In this document: positions 1 through 9,214 of the stretch, piece by piece
Layout of the letters: every line of letters begins with the position of its first letter
How positions within the stretch are numbered: the first letter of the stretch is position 1
Virus record (IMG/VR): IMGVR_UViG_3300028844_004047
Coordinates: 1 to 64,000 of that record
Direction: 5' to 3' (one strand)
Source of the DNA: a virus
Length of the DNA stretch: 64,000 nt
The notes under the pieces: model-generated
Told to the model about the DNA's origin: nothing
Seen by the model: the letters and a program-made list of their open reading frames with translations, nothing else
The model's database searches: none
Made by a program: the position numbers and the translations under genes

Positions 1-798
1 AATGAACTTAGAATGGTTAGGTTGGGAAGTGACGTCCTACCTGTTTATACTCAGTCTGATTGGAGTTACTTCTGGCGCAAGCCTGATGTACGAAAATATT
101 GCGAGACCAACTTCGCTAACGTCGGCGCAAAAGCTCGTGAACTTGATGTTAGGTTGTCTATGCATCCTGGTCAGTTTACTGTACTTGCGTCAGATAATCC
201 TGACATCGTAGATAGGAGCGTAGAAGAATTTGAATATCACACCGACGTCATACGCTGGATGGGATACGGGCGTACCTTCCAAGACTTCAAATGCAATGTC
301 CATATATCAGGCAGGCAAGGTCCAGCCGGTATCAAACACGCAGTTAACACAAGATTATCTCAAGAAGCGAGAAACACGATTACAATCGAAAATGACGAAA
401 ACGCATGGGGAATTAATGACAGTCTCGAGCTGGTCGACACCTGTGCCCTCGTACTTGACATACACCATCACTGGTGCCGTGAAGGCGAATATATTTTACC
501 AACCGACGATAGATATAAACGTGTAATTGATAGTTGGCGTGGTGTACGTCCTGCAATTCATTATAGTGTTAGTAGAGAAGACTACCTTAAGGACCATGAC
601 CCTAATGTATTACCTGATAAGGAATTACTATTGGAACAAGGTTACAAAAAAGGTAAAATGCGGGGTCATAGCGATATGATGTGGAATAACGCAGTAAATA
701 CTTGGGCAAGTTCATTTAACGAGTTTGCAGATATTATGGTAGAATCGAAACATAAAAATTTAGCAAGTATTGGATTTTTTGAATCGTTTAGTAGTTAA
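1..798 (+). CDS. uvsE: UV damage endonuclease (UvsE/UVDE), 5' end outside window
   Basis: Motifs RLSMHPGQF, NVHISG, TIENDE, LVLDIHHH, HYS, HSD, DIMVESK; frame open to window edge. Confidence 0.9.
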   Translation, partial: NELRMVRLGSDVLPVYTQSDWSYFWRKPDVRKYCETNFANVGAKARELDVRLSMHPGQFTVLASDNPDIVDRSVEEFEYHTDVIRWMGYGRTFQDFKCNVHISGRQGPAGIKHAVNTRLSQEARNTITIENDENAWGINDSLELVDTCALVLDIHHHWCREGEYILPTDDRYKRVIDSWRGVRPAIHYSVSREDYLKDHDPNVLPDKELLLEQGYKKGKMRGHSDMMWNNAVNTWASSFNEFADIMVESKHKNLASIGFFESFSS

Positions 799-808
799 GG
801 GAGTTTAC

Positions 809-1000
809 ATGGAAATAACTATTTGGCACATCATAACCTTTGTAGTCTTTACTGCCTTGTGTGCTTATTATAATTTTAAGTCAGGTGTTGAACATGGTAT
901 AAATGCAACATTGGATACTTTAGAAAAAACTGGATTAATAGATATAAAAGGAACTGAAATACAAAAAGCAGTTACAAAATTAAATGAAGATGAGAATTAG
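809..1000 (+). CDS. small membrane-anchored hypothetical protein
   Basis: AGGGAG RBS before ATG 809; N-terminal hydrophobic helix. Confidence 0.7.
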   Translation: MEITIWHIITFVVFTALCAYYNFKSGVEHGINATLDTLEKTGLIDIKGTEIQKAVTKLNEDEN

Positions 1001-1397
1001 TCACGAACCTATAACAGACACAGATCAAGTGGAGAAGTTTTATGCCAATGAATCCGGAGACGAAGTTAGATATATATGCACTACTGAGCTCAATATTCCT
1101 GATGTTCCTTGTGATATTTTTTATAGGAGAAAGCCAGACAATAATGACGATCGTGGGTATTTCGGCTTATATTGGGATAAGGATACTAGGGCGTTAACAA
1201 AGATGAATGCCGACATGGTTGAAGGTATGCAATTTGCTATGATAGAATCTGAAGAAGTATTTCATTATAGTAGTGCTTTAAGCGATGAAAAAGAAGTAGA
1301 CGGTAAGATAATAGGCGGCGGAAGACAACATATAAGCGGTTGGGGGTTTCAAATTTTTATATTAGATGACGGCAAGTTCAAATTACTTGATAAATAG
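984..1397 (+). CDS. hypothetical phage protein
   Basis: 137-aa ORF overlapping upstream stop, operon context. Confidence 0.7.
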   Translation: MKMRISHEPITDTDQVEKFYANESGDEVRYICTTELNIPDVPCDIFYRRKPDNNDDRGYFGLYWDKDTRALTKMNADMVEGMQFAMIESEEVFHYSSALSDEKEVDGKIIGGGRQHISGWGFQIFILDDGKFKLLDK

Positions 1398-1401
1398 TTG
1401 T

Positions 1402-1518
1402 ATGTTAGAGGGAAGTATTTTCTTCCATAGTAATTTCGATTACTAAATTTTTGGTCGGATTTAATGGTACTTTAAAAATAGTATAACGTGTTAACGGATT
1501 TGAATCTCTCTCTAGCAT
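1402..1518 (+). ncRNA. candidate structured RNA or leader
   Basis: 12-bp closing stem 1402-1413/1507-1518, 7-bp UUCG hairpin 1428-1445, directly after late motif TAAATA at 1391. Confidence 0.4.
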
Positions 1519-1545
1519 TACTATCCCAGATGAGATCAGCACTTA

Positions 1546-1905
1546 ATGACAACCATTTTTATCTTACTATTAATAAAGCACACAATCTGTGATTTATTTC
1601 TACAATCAACACGACCACCAGCAGATAAAAGTAAAATATTAGGTTATGGACTACACAGGCATTGTTTAGACCATGCAGTAGCAACAGCCATTATTTTATT
1701 GTTCTTTATCGAAATACAATATGCATTGTTATTTGGGTTATTAGATTATATAGCACATTGCACAATAGATTGGCTAAAACACAAAATTTTAAAAAAATAT
1801 AACGTAGTTAAGAATGGAAAAATGTTCTGGGGTTTACAAAGTATTGACCAATCATTACATTATATAACTTACTTTATTATTGTAATAATGATAGGACACA
1901 TTTAA
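1546..1905 (+). CDS. DUF3307-like membrane protein
   Basis: KHxxxDxxLQ, HCLDH, HCTIDWLK and DQSLH His motifs within TM helices. Confidence 0.75.
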   Translation: MTTIFILLLIKHTICDLFLQSTRPPADKSKILGYGLHRHCLDHAVATAIILLFFIEIQYALLFGLLDYIAHCTIDWLKHKILKKYNVVKNGKMFWGLQSIDQSLHYITYFIIVIMIGHI

Positions 1906-1930
1906 TGACACAAGGAAAATTTCATATAGT

Positions 1931-2629
1931 ATGCAATTAGAAGTTATTGAAGTCACACATTATACAGACAAATTATTTAGAATACAATTAGAAAGACCGT
2001 CTACATATAGATTTGTAGCAGGTGAGTTTACTATGATAGGTTTTCCAGAAGAAAAACTTAAAAGAGCATATTCGTATACTAGTGGACCGTATGACGATTA
2101 CTTAGAATTTTATAGTATTAAAGTGCCTGAAGGTCCTTTAACATCTAAATTACAATACATTGAGCCAGGTAAGTTTTTAGAAATTGGAGACAAACCAACA
2201 GGAACATTAACACTTAATAATTTAGAATTAGGTGGAACATTACATTTAATGGCAACAGGTACAGGTATTGCACCTTTTATTAGTTTGTTAAGAGATCCTA
2301 CAACGTTTGATCATTTTAATAAAATTAAACTTTGTTGGACTGTTCCTTTTAAAAAAGATTTAAGATCCTTTAACAATTTTTTAGAGGAAAGTGAGATTGA
2401 TTATTTTCCTACAGTAACTAGAGAAGAATTTAAGAATCAAGGAAGAATTACCAAGTACATAGACGAGGGTATGTGGGACGACATTACACCTGAAAAAGAT
2501 AAAGTTATGATTTGTGGTAGTTTAGAATTTAATTTAGAAATGAAAGAACGTTTACTTGCAAAAGGGTTTGAAGAAGGCAATAAACGTACTGCCGGAACTT
2601 TTACTCTGGAGAAAGCGTTTGTTGGTTAG
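1931..2629 (+). CDS. fpr: ferredoxin/flavodoxin-NADP+ reductase
   Basis: RAYS, GPLTS, ATGTGIAPF, VMICGS, C-terminal EKAFV. Confidence 0.92.
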   Translation: MQLEVIEVTHYTDKLFRIQLERPSTYRFVAGEFTMIGFPEEKLKRAYSYTSGPYDDYLEFYSIKVPEGPLTSKLQYIEPGKFLEIGDKPTGTLTLNNLELGGTLHLMATGTGIAPFISLLRDPTTFDHFNKIKLCWTVPFKKDLRSFNNFLEESEIDYFPTVTREEFKNQGRITKYIDEGMWDDITPEKDKVMICGSLEFNLEMKERLLAKGFEEGNKRTAGTFTLEKAFVG

Positions 2630-2822
2630 ATAACTTGTGTTTTTCCCTATATTCCAATTGAGTCTTAAAACGTTCTATAACCTCAGGATCATTCCCCGAC
2701 TGTTCTATAAACATTTTTATAGCAACATACCCGTCACCTAAAAACATCAATCTACCGTCAATATACAACTTTGATCTTGTTGTTGCATAATCAAGGATAA
2801 TATTCTTGTGACTATATTTCAT
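2601..2822 (-). CDS. hypothetical protein (late promoter)
   Basis: ATG at 2822 preceded by TATAAATA on minus strand (2828-2835). Confidence 0.6.
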   Translation of the reverse strand: MKYSHKNIILDYATTRSKLYIDGRLMFLGDGYVAIKMFIEQSGNDPEVIERFKTQLEYREKHKLSNQQTLSPE

Positions 2823-2840
2823 ACAAATATTTATAAAAAA

Positions 2841-2885
2841 GGTTGACAGATTGGCAAAAGGTGTTATTATATAATAGTAAGTTAA
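2841..2885 (+). promoter_or_regulatory. early sigma70-type promoter plus conserved leader
   Basis: TTGACA-16bp-TATTAT with TG extension, then GTAAGTTAA; 44/45 identical to 7153-7197. Confidence 0.85.
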
Positions 2886-2902
2886 GCAATTAGGAGAAGT
2901 CA

Positions 2903-3067
2903 ATGTTCGATGTATTTACTAGCCAAACAGGCACAATCTTTAATCATCAGTTTCCAACAGTAAAAGAAGCAGTTAAATTTGCTCGTACACTAGGAATAGA
3001 TGCACAAATATTCAAAGTTGGTGATCCTTTTACTGTAGTTAAGTGGGTTTTTGTTAAAAAAACCTAG
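2903..3067 (+). CDS. small early hypothetical protein (54 aa, not in ORF track)
   Basis: AGGAG RBS, ATG 2903, directly after early promoter. Confidence 0.7.
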   Translation: MFDVFTSQTGTIFNHQFPTVKEAVKFARTLGIDAQIFKVGDPFTVVKWVFVKKT

Positions 3068-3095
3068 TAAAATAAGGCAAAAATAGCCCTATAAA

Positions 3096-3150
3096 AGGTT
3101 GACAGAATGAAGAAAGGTGCTATTATAATAGTATAAGTTAACAAAAAGGA
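3096..3150 (+). promoter_or_regulatory. early promoter plus leader
   Basis: TTGACA 3099, 16 bp, TATTAT; 3121-3150 identical to 6846-6875. Confidence 0.85.
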
Positions 3151-3156
3151 GAACAA

Positions 3157-3489
3157 ATGAATACATTTACTAAAGACAATTTTAATTATGATGGTATGTA
3201 CTTAACATATAATCTTAAACCTGGACAACATTACGGTAATAACGAGTTTGTTGCTAGATTTAAATATCAAAAATTTGCTGGTTCTTTTAAAGCATTTTTA
3301 ATTAAAAACTTCACAACAGATGAATACTTTAGTAGATACAAAGCAGGTGAAAGTCCGTTAGATATTTTAGAGTCTAAAGGCTTTGTTACTCCACAAGCAA
3401 AAAAATTGTGTAAGCAAAACGGCTTAACTCCTAGCAAAGAAAATTTTATGATATGTATTCAACAAATAGCAGAAGCAAGGGGATTATAA
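3157..3489 (+). CDS. early hypothetical protein
   Basis: AAGGAG RBS, own promoter. Confidence 0.75.
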   Translation: MNTFTKDNFNYDGMYLTYNLKPGQHYGNNEFVARFKYQKFAGSFKAFLIKNFTTDEYFSRYKAGESPLDILESKGFVTPQAKKLCKQNGLTPSKENFMICIQQIAEARGL

Positions 3490-3490
3490 T

Positions 3491-4609
3491 ATGCAAAATA
3501 TAACAAGTTTAGCAAGTCTTTATAAAAGAGATACAAAAGGTAAATTGAGAATTTGGACTATTGAATATGGTTTTGATTCTGAGGATGTCGCGGGTATCAG
3601 GACTATCTCTGGTTTAGTTGATGGTCAAAAAATTACAGGTGAATGGAATATTTCAGTTGCTAAAAATACTGGTAGAGCAAATGCTACTACTTCTAAAACA
3701 CAAGCAATGGCAGAAGCACAAAGCGAGTGGACTAAAAAAGCAGATAAAGAATATTTTGAAAATATAAATGACGTGGATAGTTATGAACTGTTTAAGCCTA
3801 TGTTAGCACATGACTTCACAAAAACTCCAGTTACAAGTGGATACACACAACCTAAATTAGATGGTATTAGATGTGTAACAGATACAAATGGTATGCACAC
3901 AAGAGGAGGAAAGCCTATTAATAGTTGTCCGCATATTATGGAAAGTTTACAAAATTTAATTGATAATAATCCTAGCATTGTACTAGATGGAGAACTTTAT
4001 AACCATGAACTTAAAGCAGACTTTCAAAAGATTGTTTCGCTAGTTAGAAAAGTAAAATGTAGACCAGAAGAGATTGCTGAAGCAAAAGAAAAAGTACAGT
4101 ATCATATATATGATATGTTTGATAAAAACAATCCAAACATGACTTTTATTGAAAGAAGCAAATGGTTAGCAGACAACGTTTCAGGTGATATGATTGTTCT
4201 TGTTAATACTGACAAAGCAGATACTACACAAGATATTGATAAGTTATATGGAGAATACACACAGGCTGGATACGAAGGTCAAATGGTAAGACAGGATACT
4301 CCATATGAATGTAAAAGAAGTAAAAACTTGCTAAAAAGAAAAGAGTTTATTACGGAAGAATATACTGTAGTAAGAGTAGAGGAAGGACAAGGTAACTGGA
4401 CGGGTTATGCTAAAAAGTTTGTTCTTGTTTTAAAGGATGGAAGAGAATTTAGTTCAGGAGTAAGAGGTTCACAAGCACAACTGAAAGCACTATGGGAAAG
4501 TACACAAAAGCCTAGTTGGGTAACTTGTAGATATTTTGAATTAAGCAATGATGGTGTTCCAAGGTTTCCTGTAGTTATTGATTATGGTAATGGAAAAAGA
4601 GATGACTGA
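3491..4609 (+). CDS. lig: ATP-dependent DNA ligase
   Basis: KPMLA, QPKLDGIR (motif I), LDGELY, YEGQMVR, KRSKNLLKRK, PRFPV. Confidence 0.95.
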   Translation: MQNITSLASLYKRDTKGKLRIWTIEYGFDSEDVAGIRTISGLVDGQKITGEWNISVAKNTGRANATTSKTQAMAEAQSEWTKKADKEYFENINDVDSYELFKPMLAHDFTKTPVTSGYTQPKLDGIRCVTDTNGMHTRGGKPINSCPHIMESLQNLIDNNPSIVLDGELYNHELKADFQKIVSLVRKVKCRPEEIAEAKEKVQYHIYDMFDKNNPNMTFIERSKWLADNVSGDMIVLVNTDKADTTQDIDKLYGEYTQAGYEGQMVRQDTPYECKRSKNLLKRKEFITEEYTVVRVEEGQGNWTGYAKKFVLVLKDGREFSSGVRGSQAQLKALWESTQKPSWVTCRYFELSNDGVPRFPVVIDYGNGKRDD

Positions 4610-4796
4610 AATACAAACAAAAGGTCATCATTTAGTAGGAGTTGAGTGGCCCGTTATTGGTTCCAAGGGCGACGAGTACACAGTTGTTATGCAAGACAGA
4701 GGATTTGAATGTAATTGTCCGGCATATGTAAAGTGTAAGCATATCAAAGGAATCGAATCAGTCTTAAAGGGAGACGAGTACAATGGGATTTATTGA
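4602..4796 (+). CDS. SWIM zinc-finger protein
   Basis: GSKGDEYTV...CNCPAYVKCKHI. Confidence 0.75.
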   Translation: MTEIQTKGHHLVGVEWPVIGSKGDEYTVVMQDRGFECNCPAYVKCKHIKGIESVLKGDEYNGIY

Positions 4797-4887
4797 ATTT
4801 TATGCAATATTGGCAGTAGTACATATTATGGCTAAAGTGGCAGGCAAGGAAGATATACTGATGATGTGTGTCTCAGGTTGTAAATAA
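4783..4887 (+). CDS. tiny hydrophobic protein (34 aa)
   Basis: GGAG upstream, ATG 4783, ends before terminator hairpin. Confidence 0.4.
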   Translation: MGFIEFYAILAVVHIMAKVAGKEDILMMCVSGCK

Positions 4888-4901
4888 GTGAAAAAAAGAT
4901 T

Positions 4902-4930
4902 AAAAAGCCTTGTTTATCAAGGCTTTTTTT
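4902..4930 (+). terminator. intrinsic terminator
   Basis: AAAAAGCCTTG...CAAGGCTTTTTTT hairpin with U tract. Confidence 0.7.
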
Positions 4931-4940
4931 ATGGTTTAAA

Positions 4941-4975
4941 AGGTTGACAGATAAGCAAATAGTGTTATTATAATA
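4941..4975 (+). promoter_or_regulatory. early promoter
   Basis: AGGTTGACA-16bp-TATTAT. Confidence 0.85.
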
Positions 4976-5004
4976 GTATGAACATTAAAAAACAGGAGAA
5001 AAAA

Positions 5005-5472
5005 ATGCAGAAATATGCGATTATAACTTCAGTTAGAGAAAACTATGCCGCTCATAATGATGATTGGGATGGTGAAACAACTTATTGGAAAAATAAGTTT
5101 GGTTCTACTTACATTGTAGAAGCAGAATCAGAAGCAGAAGCACGTTCTGTTATTGATTTGGTTACTTCTGAAAGTAAAGCATTTATAGAATATAAAGAAG
5201 ATTTCTTTCCTGTTGCAGATGAATTTCAGTCAGAATTTCAAAGAGATCAAGCAAGACACGATCCTACTGGATATGATACTTTGTATCTTGATAACCAAAT
5301 TAAGAAAGGTAAATCTGGTGATTGGTATATGAAAAGAGGATATATTGTTGGTGGATTTCAAAAAGACAAGTATCCAGAATTAGTGGGTAAGTTTGTAGGT
5401 AATGTTGATAACCTTACAAAAGGTAAATGTGTACTTTCAATTGAAGGTGACAAACGTAAGGAGATAGCATAA
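5005..5472 (+). CDS. early hypothetical protein
   Basis: AGGAG RBS before ATG 5005. Confidence 0.75.
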   Translation: MQKYAIITSVRENYAAHNDDWDGETTYWKNKFGSTYIVEAESEAEARSVIDLVTSESKAFIEYKEDFFPVADEFQSEFQRDQARHDPTGYDTLYLDNQIKKGKSGDWYMKRGYIVGGFQKDKYPELVGKFVGNVDNLTKGKCVLSIEGDKRKEIA

Positions 5473-5732
5473 TGAGTAGTATTGCAGGAATAGTAGGAGC
5501 AATTTGGGTAACAGTAGTTGGTGTTGCCGAAACTGGTGTAGTTACAGGAAAAGATATTTTGACTGTTGGTAAAACAATTTACCAAATAGAACAAAAAACA
5601 AAGAAAGAAGAGTGGGGTGCATCTGCCCATGAAGAAGGTGCTCAAATTATCAAGGATATAGCAAGAGGAACGTCGTATGTACAAGTTAAGCCAAATGCTA
5701 ATCCATTACCAATAATAACAAAGCAACAATAG
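5472..5732 (+). CDS. hypothetical protein
   Basis: TAATG coupling, AGGAG RBS. Confidence 0.65.
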   Translation: MSSIAGIVGAIWVTVVGVAETGVVTGKDILTVGKTIYQIEQKTKKEEWGASAHEEGAQIIKDIARGTSYVQVKPNANPLPIITKQQ

Positions 5733-5739
5733 GAGAAAC

Positions 5740-6141
5740 ATGACAACAGATATATTTTTTAATAAAGACGATTTAGGTAAAAACCTTTACTCGAAACAAA
5801 CGTTCTACACAGTAATGGTAGAGCAACACGTTCTTGCAAATAACAAGGACGAAGCAGATAAATTGTTTTTAGATGGTGGAGGAATTGACCATTCTAAGAT
5901 TACAACTGATATAGCAGAAGCAAAAGATGGAGTTGAAACTACTGTTGTAGATGCTAATTACACAGATTCAGGTGATACAGTTTTCTTAGGTAAAGTTGCA
6001 TATGATGAAGATGATGAATATGCAGAAGAAGATGGTAATGTTGTTATTGACACTTATGCTGATGAAGATGTAACCGAAAAAGCAGAATCAGATATTGACA
6101 CCGCAATACAATTAGAAGCAGAAGCTCAGTTAGGGAAATAA
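5740..6141 (+). CDS. acidic hypothetical protein
   Basis: AGGAG RBS; strongly D/E-rich. Confidence 0.7.
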   Translation: MTTDIFFNKDDLGKNLYSKQTFYTVMVEQHVLANNKDEADKLFLDGGGIDHSKITTDIAEAKDGVETTVVDANYTDSGDTVFLGKVAYDEDDEYAEEDGNVVIDTYADEDVTEKAESDIDTAIQLEAEAQLGK

Positions 6142-6822
6142 ATGAATAACCATAGCAAAGCAATTTTTAGAAAAATTAAGAAATGGGCGATATACATTTC
6201 TGGTGTTATATTTTTCACAACAATAGTTTATGCAGTTGGAACTTTTTATCCAAATAATTGGGTAGTTAAGAAACTTGTAAAAGTTACAGAACAGTCGATG
6301 ATTAAAGAATGGAAGTCATATGGATATCAGGCTCCAGAAATTGTTTACACTAATAATACAGAGTTTGTTATTGCCGTAGGTAAATGTATTAGTTTTCATA
6401 ACTTAACTTTAGACCACAAAAGCAGAGTCCATAGAGATATTATTATTGCAATGGCAGTATTAGAAACAGGGTATGGTAAAAGTAGGTTTGCCAAAGAGGC
6501 TAATAATCTATTTGGTATGAGAACTTGGAATCCGAGTACTCCACAGTTAAAACCTTTGGATTTACCTAAAGCAAAATTTGGTGTAAAGAAGTATAATACA
6601 AAATGTGATAGTGTCCTTGATACGATTAACAATATTAATACACACCCGGCATATGAAGGATTTCGCACTCTAAGAGCCCAGCAAATTGACAATGGGCATA
6701 TTGATATTAATAAACTAATTGATCAATTACATAAATGGAGTACTAATCCAGATTATACTGCTCTAGTCAAGCATAAAGCCAAAGATGTTGAAAAGATTTT
6801 AATTAAATTCTATGGCAAATAG
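6142..6822 (+). CDS. membrane-anchored glucosaminidase (Bax/GH73-like peptidoglycan hydrolase)
   Basis: AMAVLETGYGKSRFAKEANNLFG, WSTNPDY; N-terminal TM helix. Confidence 0.85.
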   Translation: MNNHSKAIFRKIKKWAIYISGVIFFTTIVYAVGTFYPNNWVVKKLVKVTEQSMIKEWKSYGYQAPEIVYTNNTEFVIAVGKCISFHNLTLDHKSRVHRDIIIAMAVLETGYGKSRFAKEANNLFGMRTWNPSTPQLKPLDLPKAKFGVKKYNTKCDSVLDTINNINTHPAYEGFRTLRAQQIDNGHIDINKLIDQLHKWSTNPDYTALVKHKAKDVEKILIKFYGK

Positions 6823-6875
6823 GTTGACAGATAGACGAAAGATGTTATTATAATAGTATAAGTTAACAAAAAGGA
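6821..6875 (+). promoter_or_regulatory. early promoter plus leader
   Basis: AGGTTGACA-16bp-TATTAT...TAAGTTAA...AAGGA. Confidence 0.85.
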
Positions 6876-6882
6876 TATAAAA

Positions 6883-7152
6883 ATGACAATAGAAAAGAAA
6901 CCAGAAGCAGTAGATAACATAGTTATTGACTTAGACGGTCCAAATGGAAATGCATTTTATTTACTTGGCGTTGCAAATAATCTATGTAAACAAGTTGGTT
7001 TAGACTTTGCTCCCATTGAAAAGAAAATGAAAAAGGGTGATTATCTTAATTTACTTAAAGTCTTTGACAAGTACTTTGGTCCTGTAGTTACATTACAGAC
7101 TAGTAATCCAGAATATTTAGATGCATTTATGAAAGAAAAAGTACTTCATTAG
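6883..7152 (+). CDS. conserved phage hypothetical protein
   Basis: IDLDGPNGNAFYLLG motif typical of a widespread phage family. Confidence 0.75.
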   Translation: MTIEKKPEAVDNIVIDLDGPNGNAFYLLGVANNLCKQVGLDFAPIEKKMKKGDYLNLLKVFDKYFGPVVTLQTSNPEYLDAFMKEKVLH

Positions 7153-7197
7153 GGTTGACAGATTAGCAAAAGGTGTTATTATATAATAGTAAGTTAA
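7153..7197 (+). promoter_or_regulatory. early promoter plus leader
   Basis: Near-identical copy of 2841-2885. Confidence 0.85.
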
Positions 7198-7216
7198 TTA
7201 ATAAGGAGATAAAAAT

Positions 7217-7594
7217 ATGATGAAATCAGCAGAACTTTTAAAATTTAATGGTGAATGTGCAGATCCGCAAGTTATTTGGAACGAAGCAGTTGCAAAAGGT
7301 GTTGACGCCGTAAACGAATTCACTGCTAAACACGGTGAACCAATGTATTGTGGATTTGCTAGTGTTCAAATTAATCCTGCACAAGGACCGTTTGTTAAAT
7401 TTCTTAAACAAAAAGAACTTGGTGGAAAAGGTTATCCAAAAGGATACAGGGTTTCATATTATGATATTATGCCAAATGATCATCAGTATAGACATACACA
7501 ATCTATGGATATTAAAGAAGAATGTGTTAATGCATTTACAGATGTTCTTCAAAGTTATGGTATTAAAGCATATGGTCAGTCGAGGGCAGATTAA
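7217..7594 (+). CDS. conserved phage hypothetical protein
   Basis: AAGGAG RBS; CGFASV and QSMDIKE motifs. Confidence 0.75.
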   Translation: MMKSAELLKFNGECADPQVIWNEAVAKGVDAVNEFTAKHGEPMYCGFASVQINPAQGPFVKFLKQKELGGKGYPKGYRVSYYDIMPNDHQYRHTQSMDIKEECVNAFTDVLQSYGIKAYGQSRAD

Positions 7595-7908
7595 TGAATA
7601 GGTTAGATAATTTTGTAAACACTGCGACACCAATACAATTTTATGGTGATCCAGATCCTTTTCAAGTTAGGTTAGCATTTGGCGACTATGAGTTGAGTAT
7701 TGTAAAACACAAAGGTTCATATGGCGGCGAAATGGGTCTTTATGAAATTGGAGTGTTTAAAGATAGTTTAATGGAAGAAATGACAGGTATTACTGAAGAT
7801 GGTGATACTGTTAAAGGATTCCTATCTAAAGACGAAGTGGATGGAATTATTATTAAAATGTTTACACTTACTGGTAAAGAACCAAAACAAATCGTGGAGC
7901 AAATGTAA
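7594..7908 (+). CDS. conserved phage hypothetical protein
   Basis: SIVKHKGSYGG..GLYEIGV; TAATG coupling. Confidence 0.75.
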   Translation: MNRLDNFVNTATPIQFYGDPDPFQVRLAFGDYELSIVKHKGSYGGEMGLYEIGVFKDSLMEEMTGITEDGDTVKGFLSKDEVDGIIIKMFTLTGKEPKQIVEQM

Positions 7909-8204
7909 TGCAAAATAGTAACGAACTTCAAACGGCACTAGATGCCATTCAAGCAATTCGTACTCAATCAGATTTAAATGTCCTTGCTGAAGCATGGAAA
8001 AATCAACAGACTTTTATTGCCACTCGCATTGGTCGTATGGTAAAGAAAGGTGACACTATCCAATGGGAAAACCGGGGTGTTATTAAAACTGGAACAATCG
8101 TCAAAATGAATAAGAAAACCTGTGAAATTCAAAATGCAGGTGCTACTCCTTTTGGACGTACAGTTACAAAAATCTACAATTCAATGATTGTAGGGAAAGT
8201 ATAG
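7908..8204 (+). CDS. hypothetical protein (KOW/SH3-like C-terminus)
   Basis: KKGDTIQW..G.IVKMNKKT; coupled start. Confidence 0.65.
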   Translation: MQNSNELQTALDAIQAIRTQSDLNVLAEAWKNQQTFIATRIGRMVKKGDTIQWENRGVIKTGTIVKMNKKTCEIQNAGATPFGRTVTKIYNSMIVGKV

Positions 8205-8212
8205 AGGTAGGT

Positions 8213-8359
8213 ATGATTAGGTTCGCAATTTTGGTAGCCATATTTTTAGCAATCTATCCAATGATTGGAAATGGCTGGGAACAATTCAGTAATGACTTTG
8301 AAGAGTTTGGCGCAAGTGTTGAATTCGTTAAAAATGCATTTAAAAACTTGAAAGGTTAA
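8213..8359 (+). CDS. small membrane protein (48 aa)
   Basis: GAGG RBS, hydrophobic N-terminus. Confidence 0.55.
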   Translation: MIRFAILVAIFLAIYPMIGNGWEQFSNDFEEFGASVEFVKNAFKNLKG

Positions 8360-8362
8360 AAA

Positions 8363-8569
8363 ATGACAAAAGTAGTAAGTTATGTAGATACAAATTATCT
8401 ACGAAAAAGGGTTTGTTCTATGACAACAGAACAAATTGTGGATAAAGCATTCAAAGTTAAGAATTGGATGGATATGAATAAAGATAATGATTGGGTACAA
8501 CAGGCTGGTCAAAATTTCATTCATAAACTTAATGCAACATATACTTTCGATGAGGGAGTGATACGATGA
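8363..8569 (+). CDS. hypothetical protein
   Basis: ORF in early operon. Confidence 0.6.
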   Translation: MTKVVSYVDTNYLRKRVCSMTTEQIVDKAFKVKNWMDMNKDNDWVQQAGQNFIHKLNATYTFDEGVIR

Positions 8570-8745
8570 ACGATATCTTAGATGATATTGAAAACCTTGA
8601 AACTGCAATTACTCTTATTCAAGAAGGTGCTAGTGATGAGAAACAAATGGGAATCACAATGATTCAAAATGTTATTTCTCAAAAGCAAAAGCAAATTACA
8701 GATTTTGAAAAACAACTTGAGTTAGAATTTGTAGAAAGTATCTAA
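8566..8745 (+). CDS. hypothetical coiled-coil protein (59 aa, not in ORF track)
   Basis: ATGA overlap, GGAG RBS, fills operon gap exactly. Confidence 0.7.
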   Translation: MNDILDDIENLETAITLIQEGASDEKQMGITMIQNVISQKQKQITDFEKQLELEFVESI

Positions 8746-8999
8746 TGAACAAAGTTAAACAAAATTATTTTGTACAAATAAAAAAATTAACTGAGCAAAG
8801 AACTACTATTGCTCATCGGGCTATTGGCGTGTTATCGGCTGTTGTTCATATGAATCAAACTGCTGGAGTTGAAAGAATCGCACCAGCAACAATGGAAATG
8901 ATCACAGATTTTGTTAGCGAATATGACAATCTTTCAGAACAAATTAAACACACAGATTTATTGCTTGATTTAGTAGACCAGAAAGTAGATGAAGCATAA
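8745..8999 (+). CDS. hypothetical protein
   Basis: TAATG coupling. Confidence 0.65.
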   Translation: MNKVKQNYFVQIKKLTEQRTTIAHRAIGVLSAVVHMNQTAGVERIAPATMEMITDFVSEYDNLSEQIKHTDLLLDLVDQKVDEA

Positions 9000-9214
9000 T
9001 GGATAATGTTATAAATGTAAAGGCAATGTTAGCCGCCAAGCAATTACAATCTAAGATTACTAGGGATATTGATAAAGAGAAATTCCAAGTACAAGTTGAA
9101 TATGATTGTATTAATAATGAAAAGTATAACTGGACTAATTTAGATTTTCAATTAGTCTGTAAAACAACTGGAAAGAAACATGAAATACCTGTTACTACTA
9201 TGTTTGGCAATTAG
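8999..9214 (+). CDS. hypothetical protein
   Basis: TAATG coupling. Confidence 0.6.
   Translation: MDNVINVKAMLAAKQLQSKITRDIDKEKFQVQVEYDCINNEKYNWTNLDFQLVCKTTGKKHEIPVTTMFGN

Noticed and set aside
2841-7197. Recurring 30-45 bp repeats as a CRISPR array
   Set aside because: Irregular spacing with whole genes between them; they are promoters; no cas genes
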